DNA of 64,000 nt from an uncultured Planctomycetota bacterium (lineage in GTDB: Bacteria; Planctomycetota; Planctomycetia; Isosphaerales; Isosphaeraceae), in the NCBI GenBank assembly GCA_963823665.1, contig CAWGMQ010000004.1:2880001-2944000 (forward strand). Reading direction: 5' to 3'. The notes beneath the pieces were generated by a model. It saw only the letters and a list, made by a program, of their open reading frames with translations, searched no databases and had not been told where the DNA came from. How positions within the stretch are numbered: the stretch's first letter is position 1; the number at the start of each line of letters is the position of its first letter. The translations under genes and the position numbers were made by a program. Below are positions 11,555 through 23,684 of the stretch, piece by piece.

Positions 11555-14500
11555 CTAGGAAGCCGGCCCGGGCTGGCCGAGCAGCTTGGCGGCCTCACGC
11601 CAGAACGCGAGCAGGGCGGCATTCTCGGGATCGTTCTTTTTCGTCCACGGAGACCGCTTGCTCGAAGAAGGAACGGGACCGGTCCTTGTCGCCCTTCTGC
11701 CAGAGCGCCATTGCCAGGATGAACGCGTTGGAGGCGTCGACGTCCTTCGTCAGGGCAATCGACTGCTCGGCGGCGGCGATCGACTCGGCCCAGTGTCCGG
11801 AGCGGTACTCGGCCAGGGCCAGCGTGGTGTGGAAGCTGGGGTCGTTGGGGCGAAGCGCAACCGCCCGGCGAGTGTGCTCAATCGCCTCGGTCCGCTCTGA
11901 ATCACTGCAATCGGGCTTCTTAAGGATGGTCCGGGCGACGCCGTTGTGGGCATCGGCGAGGTTGGGCTGGATCTGGCTGGCGGTGCGGTATTCGGCGATC
12001 GCGTCTTCCCGCTTCCCCTGGAACTCAAAGATTTCGCCGAGGCCCATGTGGGCATCGGCGAGGTCAGGCAGGAGCCGGGCCGCGATGCGGTATTCGGCGA
12101 TCGCGTCATCGAGCTTTCCCTGCTGTTGAAGGGCGAAGCCGAGGTTGTCGTGAAATGGGGCGAATTCGGGCTGGAGTCGAATGGCCTCGCGGAATTCAGC
12201 GGCCGCGGCGGCGTGATCGTGCTTGACGCCGCTAAGAATGTGCCCAAGGGTGTTGTGGGCGAGGGCGAAATCGGGCTGGATGCGGATGGCGATTCGGTGC
12301 TCGGCGATCGCATCGTCCAGTTTCCCCTGCTTACCCAGGGCCTCAGAGAGATTGTTGTGGAAGGTCGCGTCCTCGGGCTGGATGCGGATGGCGGTGCGGT
12401 ACTCGGCGATAGCGTCATCCAGCTTGCCCTGCATGAACAAGGCGAAGCCGAGGCTGAAATGCGCATAGGCGTCGTCGGGGCTCTTGCGAATGGCCTCGCG
12501 ATTAGCCTCGGCGGCAGCTTCCAGGGTCGTCCTTGCTTCCTGCAAGCGGCCCTGGCCCAGCAGGGCCCTGCCCAGGCAGCCGAGGTGGCGGCCACCGCCG
12601 GGGCGTAGCCGCTTGAGGTCCTGGAAGACCGCGATCTCTTCTTGCCGCTCGCCCTCGTCGCCGAGGGCATGGGCCAGTTCGTGGGCCGTTTCGGGGCGGA
12701 GCGCCCGGGCTGCCATGTAATAGCGGATCGCGTCCTCCCGCCGGGACAGCTTTTCCAGCGCCCGGGCCAGGTCGTAGTTGATCCACACGTCGTCGGGGTG
12801 GCTCTGCTGGGCTCGCCGCAGCAAAGCCTCGGCCCCGACCGGGTCACCCGCGTCCTTGAGGGCCCGGCCCAGGAGGTCGAGGCTGACCGGCCCCAGCGAT
12901 TCGAACGGGGTGGCCTTGGCCAGCCCTCGTAGGGCCTCGAGGCGAGCGGCCTGATCGGGGAGGTCCAGGGCCCGGCGCAGGCCGAGGCGCCAGGGGTCGG
13001 GGTCAAGGGCGCTGGCCAGGGTGGATAACGCCGCGGCGCCGGCACGGTTTTTCCTCCGCTCGCGCCTGACCGCGGCCCAGTCGTCGATCGAGGTCGCCAC
13101 GGCCGTCGCGATTGCTGGCGGGCGGTCGCGGATCCGCTTGGCGGCCTCGTCCGGGGACAGTGCGGACACGTCCAGCCCGGCTTCGCGGAAAGCGTCTGCG
13201 TAGGCCGCATCGGTTCTCCAGCCGCCGCGGTCGTCGGCCTCGGCACTGCGAATGTCCACCAAGCGGTCCATCAGTTGCCGGTCGAGATCGGCGGCCACGG
13301 CCACGGACTCGGCGCGCCGCCGCTCGACCGCCAGCTCAGCCTCGAGGTCTTGCACCTGTTTGCGCATTGCCGGGTCGACACCAGGTTCCAGCAAGGCGCG
13401 CGCCTTCTCGGCGGCGCCGAAGGCCAGCTCCCAGGCGCCCATGTCGCCCACAGCCGCGCCCTGCGCCAGGCCGCGGAGCCGGATCGCGCCCTGGAGTGCG
13501 GCGTTGACACGCGCGGAGGCGACTTGCACTCGCTCCAGTCTCTGAAGCTCGATCCAGCGCCATCCGGCACCAACCAGGGTGCCAGCGACGAGGACGGTGG
13601 CCGCCAGGGCGGCGGTCAGTCTCCGCGCCTGCCGCTCGGCAGCCGCCTTGACCTCGGCCTCGTGCGCGCGGGCGCTCTCGGTGGCCCGGGAGAGCTCGGC
13701 TGCGCGCAGCCGGTCCTGCACCCCGGCCAGGTAGGCGGTCACGCGCTCGGCGACCACTCCGGCGTCGGCCGGCCGGTCCCTGGCGAGAGGGGCCAGGCAG
13801 TCGCGGGTGAGGAACTGGAGCTCAACCTCCGTGCCGCTATGCTCCAGTCGGTCAAGCGCGGCGGCCGTGTCCGCCCGCGCCGCCAATCGCAGAACGTCGA
13901 CCGCCGAGCCGCGAGGGAACGCCGGCGCGCCGGTCAGGATCTCGCAGAGGATCGAGCCCAGCGCGAAGACGTCGGCCCGGCGGTCGATCGAGTCGGTCTC
14001 GCCCCTGGCCTGCTCGGGGGCCATGTAGGATGGTGTGCCCAGCACCGAGCCGGTCTGGGAGAGGTCGCTATCGGCTGCAATCCGGAACGTGGCCACAACC
14101 GTCTGGTTGGCCGCCGCCTCAACTTGATCCTTCTTCGGTCCATCCTTGGGCAAAACCTTCGCCAGGCCCCAGTCCATGACCTGCACCTCGCCGAAAGACC
14201 CGACCATCACGTTGGACGGCTTCAGGTCGCGATGGATCACGCCGCGGGAGTGGGCGTAAGCCATCGTCTGGCAAATCGCCTCGAAGATCGACAGGAACCG
14301 GGGCAGGTCCGGCTCGGCCCCGCGCTCGGTGAGGAGCGCCGCCAACGTCTGGCCCTTCACCAGCTTCATCGTGAAGAATGGCCGGTGGTCGGCCAGCGTG
14401 CCGAGATCATACACCGGCACGACGCCGGGGTGCTGGAGCTGACCGCAGATCTGGGCCTCCTCGACGAAGCGGTCGACCAGGTCGGAGCGGTCGCGATGTT

Positions 14501-15119
14501 GATCGAGCAAGATCTTGAGCGCCAGGTCGCGGCCCAGGTCCGGGTCGCGGCCCCGCAGCACCAGCCCCATCCCGCCGCGGGCGATTTCGCCCAGGAGCTG
14601 ATAGCGTCCGGCCCGAGCGTGGGGGCGACGCGCCCCATCACCGCTGTCATGGTCCGTCTCGTGCAGGACGACACGCGAGATGATCGTTTTCATCCCGGCG
14701 CCGATTCCCGCCAGGACGATGCTGCCGTCTTGGGCGGGCCCGACTTCGAGGTCGAGGGTCCGATCGCTGCTGGAGTCGGCGCGAGCCCCAAGCGTCGGCA
14801 GACCGGCAAGGCTGTCGTCGAGATCGGGGTCCTCGAGCCGGGCCAGTTCGCGCGCCGCCAGGACGCTCGTCGGGAGGGCGGCCAGGCTTCCGGCCGTGCT
14901 GCCGCCATGCTTCTTCACGTGCAGCCCAACCATCGAGTCGATCACGCCACGCTGGTCGGCATCCAGGGCGCCGGAATCGACCAGGTGATCGGCCAGCGGC
15001 CGATCCTTCTGGAGTGTCCAGGCCTGAAACGCGGCGACGAGCTGGAGCTGGTCGATGAGCCCATTCTGGAGCGCCAGCAGGCCGAAGAGCAGGTTGCGGT
15101 CCGCGCCCGAGCTGTCCAT
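11555..15119 (-). CDS. Hanks-type Ser/Thr protein kinase with a TM segment and C-terminal TPR array
   Basis: GEIARGGMG, ALK, HRDLKPSN, DWGLAK, GTPSYMAPE; multiple KLDDAIAEYRxAIRIQP TPRs. An indel near 11648 restores the tail WTKKNDPENAALLAFWREAAKLLGQPGPAS*. Confidence 0.92.
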
Positions 15120-15378
15120 GCGCCGAGTCCCCGTGAATTGCGTACAGTGGTGCGGTCTCGCCGCACCGGGAGGTCCCCGGCGGCCCTTGCCACACGACGA
15201 TTGAACGCAATTATCACGCCCCGCACCCGGCTGCGGCAAGGGCCAGCAACGGTTCGCTCGTCGACCGGCGTGGCTTGTTACGCGGTACCTGCACCGGGCT
15301 TGGGGTCGTCGTCGAAAGCGCTGAGAACCGAAACGATTGGATCTTAACAAGAACCCCGGCGGCGTGCGCGTCCCGCGT

Positions 15379-15639
15379 TCAGCCGGGGGATTGAAATTCC
15401 TTGAGCACGGTCCGAACGACCTGCCATTCCTCGTAGGCGAAGTCGGGGTGGATATCCTTGTAACCTCGCCTGGACATGATCTGGATCGCCATCGATCGGT
15501 CCAGTGTCACAGTGGCGGCCTGGTCGCGGATTGCAAGAACCTCTTCACGGGTCAAGGGCGAACCCTTCGCCGCCTCATCGTGCGCGAGCAGGACGAGCAG
15601 CGCGGGCATGAACAGGGCAATTCGAGAGTCTTCGCTCAT
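15379..15639 (-). CDS. Small conserved hypothetical protein (PAL..LL...E..KGSPLT.EEV..IRD...RGY.DI.P...EEWQ)
   Basis: Compact 86-aa ORF with protein-like composition and a recognisable conserved pattern. Confidence 0.65.
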   Translation of the reverse strand: MSEDSRIALFMPALLVLLAHDEAAKGSPLTREEVLAIRDQAATVTLDRSMAIQIMSRRGYKDIHPDFAYEEWQVVRTVLKEFQSPG

Positions 15640-15643
15640 CGGT

Positions 15644-15741
15644 GTCTGACGACATAAGTCAGCGGGCCGGTCCGGCGAACTGCTGATGATACCAGCACGG
15701 GCGAGGTGGCGGCACGGGTGCGCTGACTTTTGAACGTGCCC
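15644..15741 (-). other. Degenerate attC-like imperfect palindrome
   Basis: AAGTCAGCG (15656-15664) / CGCTGACTT (15721-15729) arms; minus strand ends ...GCTGACTTATGTC-GTCAGAC 4 bp before the ATG. Confidence 0.35.
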
Positions 15742-16067
15742 ACAACGGCGACGTTTTTGGCGGCGGTGCCCTGAACGCGCCGAGCGGGATCGGCAAGGCG
15801 CCCGGCTTGCACTTTTCGGATAGACGTCAGTGTGTTCCGGCGGTTAAGGTGTAACTCAGAACAATTTACTCTTATGTACCGCATGATCGCTCAAGAACGA
15901 TCGGACTTCAAGGCCCGGTAGGTCGAGCCATGTGAGGGCTCGCCTCGTCGATGCCGGTAAGCGGGCCTTCGATTCGCGCATCTCGATAATTCCGAACCAA
16001 TCACGTTCGATGAACCTGGACAGCGCCGCGCTAGTCTCGGACTTCGATCGAAAAAGGAGCCACAGGA

Positions 16068-17018
16068 ATGAGATTCGTCTGTCTTTCGCTGGGCGCGTTC
16101 TTGCTCGTGACGTGTCCCGGCCTCTTTGCTCAGGACTCGGCGCGGAGGGAGAGGGCTCGTGTAGAGGGTGCGAAGGCCGCCGAACCCGGCGGCGACGAAA
16201 AGGCGATTGCGGGCCTGGTCGCGGCATTCACCAAGGCGTTCAATGGGGGCGACGCGGCGGCGGCGGCGGCGACTTTTGCAGAGGATGCCCTGGTCGTTGA
16301 CGAGCACGGCGGGCGGATCGAAGGCCGCGCGGCCATCCGCGCCGGGCTTGCGGCGTCATTCAGCGAAAACCCCGGCGGCACGATTGCCATCAAGGTCAAC
16401 TCTTTGCGCTTTCTCGGCCCCGACACGGCCCTCGAGGAGGGGCGGACGACCATCACGCCGGCCGCGGCGGGTGCGTCGCCGGAGATCACTCGCTTCACCG
16501 TCGTCTACATGAAGAAGAACGGCGAGTGGCTTCAAGCCGCCGTCCGCGATGAGCATGCCCATGACCTGGGTCCCCACGAGCGCCTCAAGGAGCTTGAATG
16601 GCTGGTCGGGGAGTGGATCAACGAGAGCCAGGATGCCGTCGTCAACACCACCTGCAAGTGGAGCCAAGACGGCAACTTCCTCATCCGCGAATTCACCATG
16701 AAGACCCAAGGTCAGCCGGTGCTCTCCGGCACGCAGCGAATCGGATGGGACGCGGTGAAGCGTCAGTTCAAGACATGGATCTTCGACTCCGAGGGGGGCT
16801 TCGGCGAAGGGTACTTCACCCGCGATGGCAATCGCTGGCTGGTCAAGGCCGAAGGCGTGCGACAGGACGGCCAACCCGCGTCGGCCACAAACATCATCAC
16901 TCGGGTGGGCAAGGATCGGATCGGTTGGCAGTCGGTCGAGCGCACGCTGGGAGGTGCCGCGATTGCGGGGATCAACGAATTCACCCTCGTGCGCAAGCCA
17001 CCAGACCCCAACAAGTAA
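16068..17018 (+). CDS. Secreted SnoaL/NTF2-like (SgcJ/EcaC, DUF4440-type) two-domain protein
   Basis: Signal peptide; AFNGGDAAAAAATFAEDA...GRAAI; second domain LKELEWLVGEW...QRIGWD..FKTWIFDSEGGFGEG. Confidence 0.8.
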   Translation: MRFVCLSLGAFLLVTCPGLFAQDSARRERARVEGAKAAEPGGDEKAIAGLVAAFTKAFNGGDAAAAAATFAEDALVVDEHGGRIEGRAAIRAGLAASFSENPGGTIAIKVNSLRFLGPDTALEEGRTTITPAAAGASPEITRFTVVYMKKNGEWLQAAVRDEHAHDLGPHERLKELEWLVGEWINESQDAVVNTTCKWSQDGNFLIREFTMKTQGQPVLSGTQRIGWDAVKRQFKTWIFDSEGGFGEGYFTRDGNRWLVKAEGVRQDGQPASATNIITRVGKDRIGWQSVERTLGGAAIAGINEFTLVRKPPDPNK

Positions 17019-17074
17019 GAACACGCTAATTTGTCGGGAATTTCGTTCAACTTTCATCTTCCAGGACACACTTC

Positions 17075-18577
17075 ATGACGCGCAGACTTTCGGAGCTGGC
17101 CCTCGGGACGGCGCTGGTGATTCTGGCTTGCCCGCCTGACATTTTTGCAGGCCGCGGCGGCGGTTACGCTGGGCGCGGCGGCGGCGGCGGTTACGGTGGT
17201 GGCGGTTACCACGGTGGCGGCGGCGGCGGTTACGGTGGCGGCAGCGCTTATGGCCATGGGGGCGGAACACCTTCGTTCAGCCAGCCACGACAGGCGACAG
17301 GTCAGTCGGGATACGGTGGCGGCTCGAGTGCGGCGAATCACCCTGCGGGTGCCGCTGCTGCGGGCGCGGGCTATGCCAATCACAACCAGAGCCAGAGCTT
17401 GAATCACCCGGGGGCCGCGGGTGCCGCCGCGGGCGCGGGCTACGCAAATAACAACCAGGCCTTGAATCACCCCGGGGCCGCGGGTGCCGCCGCGGGCGCG
17501 GGCTATGCGAACAATCACTCCGGCATAAACGGCGCCTGGGGCAGCGGCTACGGTGCCTACGGTGGGATGGGCTACGGCTCGGGCTATGGCGGGGTCGGGG
17601 CGTGGGGAGTCGGCTCGCCGATGTACGGCTGGGGCTATTCGGGCTATAGCAATCCTTACTATGGTGCCGCGGGCGTGGGTGGCGTTGGACAGCAGCCCGG
17701 CGGCGCGGCTCAGCAAGGCGCGGGGGCGGGCTACAATTACTCCCAGCCGATCAGCACGACGGCGGCGCCGCCCGACCAGGCGGTCGCCAATCAGGCAAAC
17801 ACGGGGTTTGACCAGGCCCGCGACGCATTCAAGGCGGGCGACTACGCCAAAGCCCTGCAGGTCGACCAGCAGGCGCTCGCGCAGACACCCAATGACAGGA
17901 CGTTGCACGAGTTTCTCGCCCTCGTGTTCTTTGCTCAAGGCAAGTACGACCAGGCCGCCGAGCCGCTCTACGCGGTGCTCTCGGTTGCGCCCGGCTGGGA
18001 CTGGACGACACTGAGCGGAATGTACCCCGACGTCGAGACCTACACGGGTCAGCTTCGGGCGCTCGAGGCGGGCGTCAAGGCGAACCCACAATCGGCCCAT
18101 GTCCGCTTCGTGCTGGCCTACCAGTACCTGTGTCAGGGGCATGTCGAGAACGCGGTCGCGCAGCTCAAGGAGGTTGTGAAGCTCCAGCCGGCGGACACGC
18201 TTTCGGCGCAGCTCATCGCCTACTACCAGCCCGCGGGCAGTGCCCAACCGCCCGCCGCGGAGCCGGCCACAAACGGCGCGCCGGCTTTCCAGGGCAAGCT
18301 GGCGGGGAACTGGGTGGCCACACCCGTCGCAAACGCGAAGATCGCGCTAGTAATCAAGGACGACGGTAAATTCAACTGGGATGCTGCGAGTGCGGGTAAG
18401 CCGCCGACCGAGATCGCGGGGGCCTCAACCTTCGCCGACGGAGTCCTCACGCTCACGGCCCAGGGAAAACAGAATGGGGCGCTGGCGGGAAAGGTGGCGT
18501 GGCAAGATGCCGATCACTTTACCTTCCGGGCCATCGGTGCGCCACAGGGCGACCCGGGGCTGGCATTCGCGCGCTGA
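17075..18577 (+). CDS. Secreted Gly-rich low-complexity protein with a TPR domain
   Basis: Signal peptide; GGGY-rich N-terminus; three NHPxAAGAAAGAGYAN repeats; FDQARDAFKAGDY...LHEFLALVFFAQGKY...GWDWTTL. Confidence 0.8.
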   Translation: MTRRLSELALGTALVILACPPDIFAGRGGGYAGRGGGGGYGGGGYHGGGGGGYGGGSAYGHGGGTPSFSQPRQATGQSGYGGGSSAANHPAGAAAAGAGYANHNQSQSLNHPGAAGAAAGAGYANNNQALNHPGAAGAAAGAGYANNHSGINGAWGSGYGAYGGMGYGSGYGGVGAWGVGSPMYGWGYSGYSNPYYGAAGVGGVGQQPGGAAQQGAGAGYNYSQPISTTAAPPDQAVANQANTGFDQARDAFKAGDYAKALQVDQQALAQTPNDRTLHEFLALVFFAQGKYDQAAEPLYAVLSVAPGWDWTTLSGMYPDVETYTGQLRALEAGVKANPQSAHVRFVLAYQYLCQGHVENAVAQLKEVVKLQPADTLSAQLIAYYQPAGSAQPPAAEPATNGAPAFQGKLAGNWVATPVANAKIALVIKDDGKFNWDAASAGKPPTEIAGASTFADGVLTLTAQGKQNGALAGKVAWQDADHFTFRAIGAPQGDPGLAFAR

Positions 18578-18697
18578 GTTGTGATCGATGACGGCGATGA
18601 GGACCGTGCGAAGCCGCTCAATGATCGGTGTCTTTGCCTATTGAGACGCGACCTGGCACAAGTGGTCTCCAGAACGACGATTAGGAGCATTCCGGGC

Positions 18698-20464
<1,767 letters not shown>

Positions 20465-20579
20465 TCGGAATCAGAGCTGGTGCACGGCAAGGCTGGGCGA
20501 TTCTGGTCGAAACGAATCAGGCGTCACCGCCTTGCTTTGCTGATCACGCAATGTCTTTTGACGGAGGATCTCCACGATC

Positions 20580-20934
20580 GTGAGCCCCGCTGAGATGGCC
20601 GCGCTCTTTGGAAGCACCTTGAGCGTCTTGGCGGGGGGCGTCGGCCTGTTCCGACCCGAGAAGGTCGCGGCGATCCTTGGAATTGAACGTCCCGATCTCT
20701 TATGTCTCGTCGAGCTGCGCGGTGTTCGGCGGCATGCTCACGATGCTCGGCATATCTTGCATGGTCGTGCGCGACCCTCGGGCATACCTCGTGGCGGGCC
20801 TGGCTTATGTTGGGCTGGCCTTCGTCAAGGCGATCGCGCTTGTCGTGGATAAGCCGGCTCCTGGAAAGGTAGTCCCTGGCCTCCTGGTCGATGCGGCAAT
20901 CGGGCTCTCGCTGGCTGCCGGTTTCTGGGCGTGA
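20580..20934 (+). CDS. Small membrane protein, DUF4345-like (frameshifted)
   Basis: Two overlapping ORFs (20580, 20677) join into a 4-TM protein with an ELRAVFGG-like motif at the junction. Confidence 0.5.
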
Positions 20935-20970
20935 CGTATCTGTCGACCGCAAATCAGCGACCCGACGGCA

Positions 20971-22020
20971 TCACTCTCTACGGGCGCGCGCTTTTCGGCT
21001 CGCCAGCTCCGCATGCCATCTCGCGCGGTTGATGCAGCCGACAGGAGCGTTATCCGGTGAGGAGTGCTCGGTGACGTCGATGTACATCGAGTCGGACGCG
21101 TCGGAAGAGAGCAGCGATCTGGGAAGGAGCGTGAGCCGGCCGACTGTGTGAAACGGTGCTTGCGTTTCCTTCCATAGGACGCTGGCATTCTCAATCCAGA
21201 AGCTGGCATCCCGGCGCTTGCCGCGGTCGGTCATTCTTTCGGTGTCCAGGAACTGGATCGCGAAGTCGAACGAGCTCATCGTGGCGTCTTCGTTCAGGTG
21301 GCGAATCAACTCGTCCTGAAGGGCGTTGGGATTTTTTTTCGCTAGCGGGCGTGCGGGATTGGCGGCGCCCGGCGTGGCCGAGTACTTCACGACGTCCGCC
21401 GATCCGTGACGGAACGGCACGTTGCTCCAGTAGCGCAGTCGCTGATAGGGCCGAATCGCTTGCCGTGTCTGCAACTTTCCTTTGATCAAGCTCGTGGAGA
21501 AGATCAACTTGTCGCGGAACGGCGACGACCACAGGGCCCTGGCCGGATAGGGCGCCCCGAGCACCCGTGCCAGCACCGCGAACGCGTGTACGTCGTTGAT
21601 GGGGAGCGTGGTCGCGCTCTGCAACGAGTAATCCTGCCGCGCGGCGCTCGAGGCAGTGCCCGTCAGATCACCTGGCTCGAGCTCGACGGAGAACGAGAGC
21701 GCACGTACGTCGGGTTTGAGATCGGAGTTGGCCTTGGGATCTGAGTTGGAGAATCTCAGCGTGGCGGGGTAGACGCCGGGCTTGGCGTAGATGCCCTGGG
21801 CGAGCCGCGCGGCGAGCGCTGGATCGCGGTTCGCGGCGACGTCGAAGACCTCGAACTCGGCTCGGGCGCACACGCCTTTCGCGTGGGTCGCTCGGCGGGG
21901 GCGCCCGTCCGGTCCGGACAATCGTGCCTGGAGCGCGAGAAACCCCTGGACGATTTCTGCAATGTCGGCCTCGAACGCGGCAAGATCCTGCTCAGGCGCC
22001 TGTCCAGTCACAACCGGCAT
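20971..22020 (-). CDS. Small catalase-fold (catalase-related) heme protein with atypical ligand positions
   Basis: RRATHAKG distal-His motif, LRFSNS, YWSNVPF, VKY, FDFAIQF, IENAS..W, VGRLTL, GCINRAR; ~349 aa with no catalase C-terminal domain. Confidence 0.8.
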   Translation of the reverse strand: MPVVTGQAPEQDLAAFEADIAEIVQGFLALQARLSGPDGRPRRATHAKGVCARAEFEVFDVAANRDPALAARLAQGIYAKPGVYPATLRFSNSDPKANSDLKPDVRALSFSVELEPGDLTGTASSAARQDYSLQSATTLPINDVHAFAVLARVLGAPYPARALWSSPFRDKLIFSTSLIKGKLQTRQAIRPYQRLRYWSNVPFRHGSADVVKYSATPGAANPARPLAKKNPNALQDELIRHLNEDATMSSFDFAIQFLDTERMTDRGKRRDASFWIENASVLWKETQAPFHTVGRLTLLPRSLLSSDASDSMYIDVTEHSSPDNAPVGCINRARWHAELASRKARARRE

Positions 22021-22041
22021 GATGGGCCCTCGTCACGCTTG

Positions 22042-23612
22042 TCATTCCAGCCCGGCGATGAATTTGATTGCGGTCAGGCCCGGCAGGAAGCAATAGGCCG
22101 CCGCCTGTGTGGTCGTGAAGCTGGAAAAGCCGGTGATCTTGATCAGAGGCGCGCCGGAGGCTTGGGGGATCACGAAGATGCTTTCGGCCGGGTTCTGGGT
22201 GCCGATGATCGGATCTTTCGCCTCGCGATTCAGCCGAACGGCTCCGGCGAATTCGCTGTCCTGGACCCACTGGCTCAGAACGAATTCATACTGGTTCTCG
22301 ATGTTGGAGTTGATGAAGTAGCCGAGGAGGCCCCGCTCGTGTCCGTCGTTCGGTTGAGCCGGATCATAAGCAGGGCCGTACGGCAGGCCGCGACGGATGA
22401 GCCGGTGGGAGTTGTTGCTGCCGCCGGGCTCTCCCTGGCCGCTGATGGGCTGGCCGCGCGGATTGATCCGGCGGATGTGCGCCCGACCGGACAGCGCAGG
22501 CCTTTCGGGTCACCCGATCCGTCGGCATTCACATACTCGAAGTTGTTTAGTTGGTCGGGCGAGATCCCACCGGGGGGGCTATCGGTATCGGGGGAGAGCG
22601 CCAGTGGAACGCCGTTGCGCCATCGTCCGCACATCTTGGCGGCGAGCAGTTCGGGATCGATCCGGTCCTTGTTCGACTGCAGATAGTTCTCGAAGCCGAC
22701 CACATCGGTCCGGATCATCTTGAAGACGGCAAAACTTCCGTTGCGGCCCAGTTCGGGAGGCTCGGGCACCAGGTAATTCTCGGCTTCGTCGAGCAAGACG
22801 AACAGCCAGGGTTCACACGGTTCTTGGTGGTCAGGCTTGTAGCGTTCCGGGCCGCCGCGGATGGTCGTCATGCTGATGCCGTCGACGTAACCGAAATGAA
22901 CCTTGAAAACCGGCTCGGGGCTGCCTTCCTGCATCTGCATGATCGCCATACCGTCGCCGCGCCAGATTTCCTGGAAAGCACGATCAAGGGCAAAAAGCGC
23001 GGACAGGCGTGCGCTGTAGGCCGCCAGAGCCTCGGGGGTTGCGGCGTGCAGCGTCAGCATGACGTGATCGCTGCCCGTCCCGAATCCACCGAGCCAGTGC
23101 TCCGGGGCGTTCGCGCCGGTGTCGCCGACCAATACCGCTCGCGCGGCTGCTCCGGCGACGAACGCGTTGAACGACTTGAAGGAGAGGCTGGGAACACGAT
23201 CCTTGACTTCGAGCGCCAGCAACCCCGGCCAGGTGATGCCCAGGTTCAGGCAATAGTCGGGCTTGCAGCGAGGTGGGTCGGTCAGGTTATCCCCGGGGCC
23301 GGGCTCGAGCCCGACATGCCAGTCCTTGGCCGTCGTGATCTGCGGCGCGTCGGTTTCGTCGCCGCCGGCGAGCCGCCCGAGCAGCTTGCGTGCGGCCGCC
23401 GGGACATCCACTTTCAGCAGGAAGTGCCGGACGACCGGCATGCGGTAGGTGCGCAGGATGATGCCCTGGATGTCTTCGAGATCGAGCGCGCTTTTGCGCC
23501 CATCTTGCGAGTGGAAATCCGAGCCCGAACCATGGACCCCACCGAAGAGCCGGTGGAGCAACCCGTGGCTTTCCCTTTCTTTGGGAGTTTTCGGGTTGAT
23601 GTCGTTGCTCAT
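22042..23612 (-). CDS. Dye-decolorizing (DyP-type) peroxidase (one indel near 22480)
   Basis: DIQG, HFGYVDGIS (GxxDG), RNGSF, AKMCGRW; after the frame switch AHIRRINPR, LIRRGLPYG, QYEFV..QW, AYCFLPG; TGA at 22042-22044. Confidence 0.9.
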
Positions 23613-23684
23613 CGCGCGTCTCCGTCTCGACTTGCGGAAAGGGAACTCGTTTCTCCAGCAGGGACACATGGGATGCCGGATCGA

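Noticed and set aside
13275..15347. Long antisense/overlapping ORFs (e.g. 13275-15347, 18638-20113, 29679-31178, 37724-38785)
   Set aside because: Shadow ORFs of high-GC coding strands with no recognisable motifs
22042..23612. DyP as encapsulin cargo or a Tat-exported enzyme
   Set aside because: No encapsulin gene nearby, no C-terminal cargo-loading extension and no twin-arginine signal
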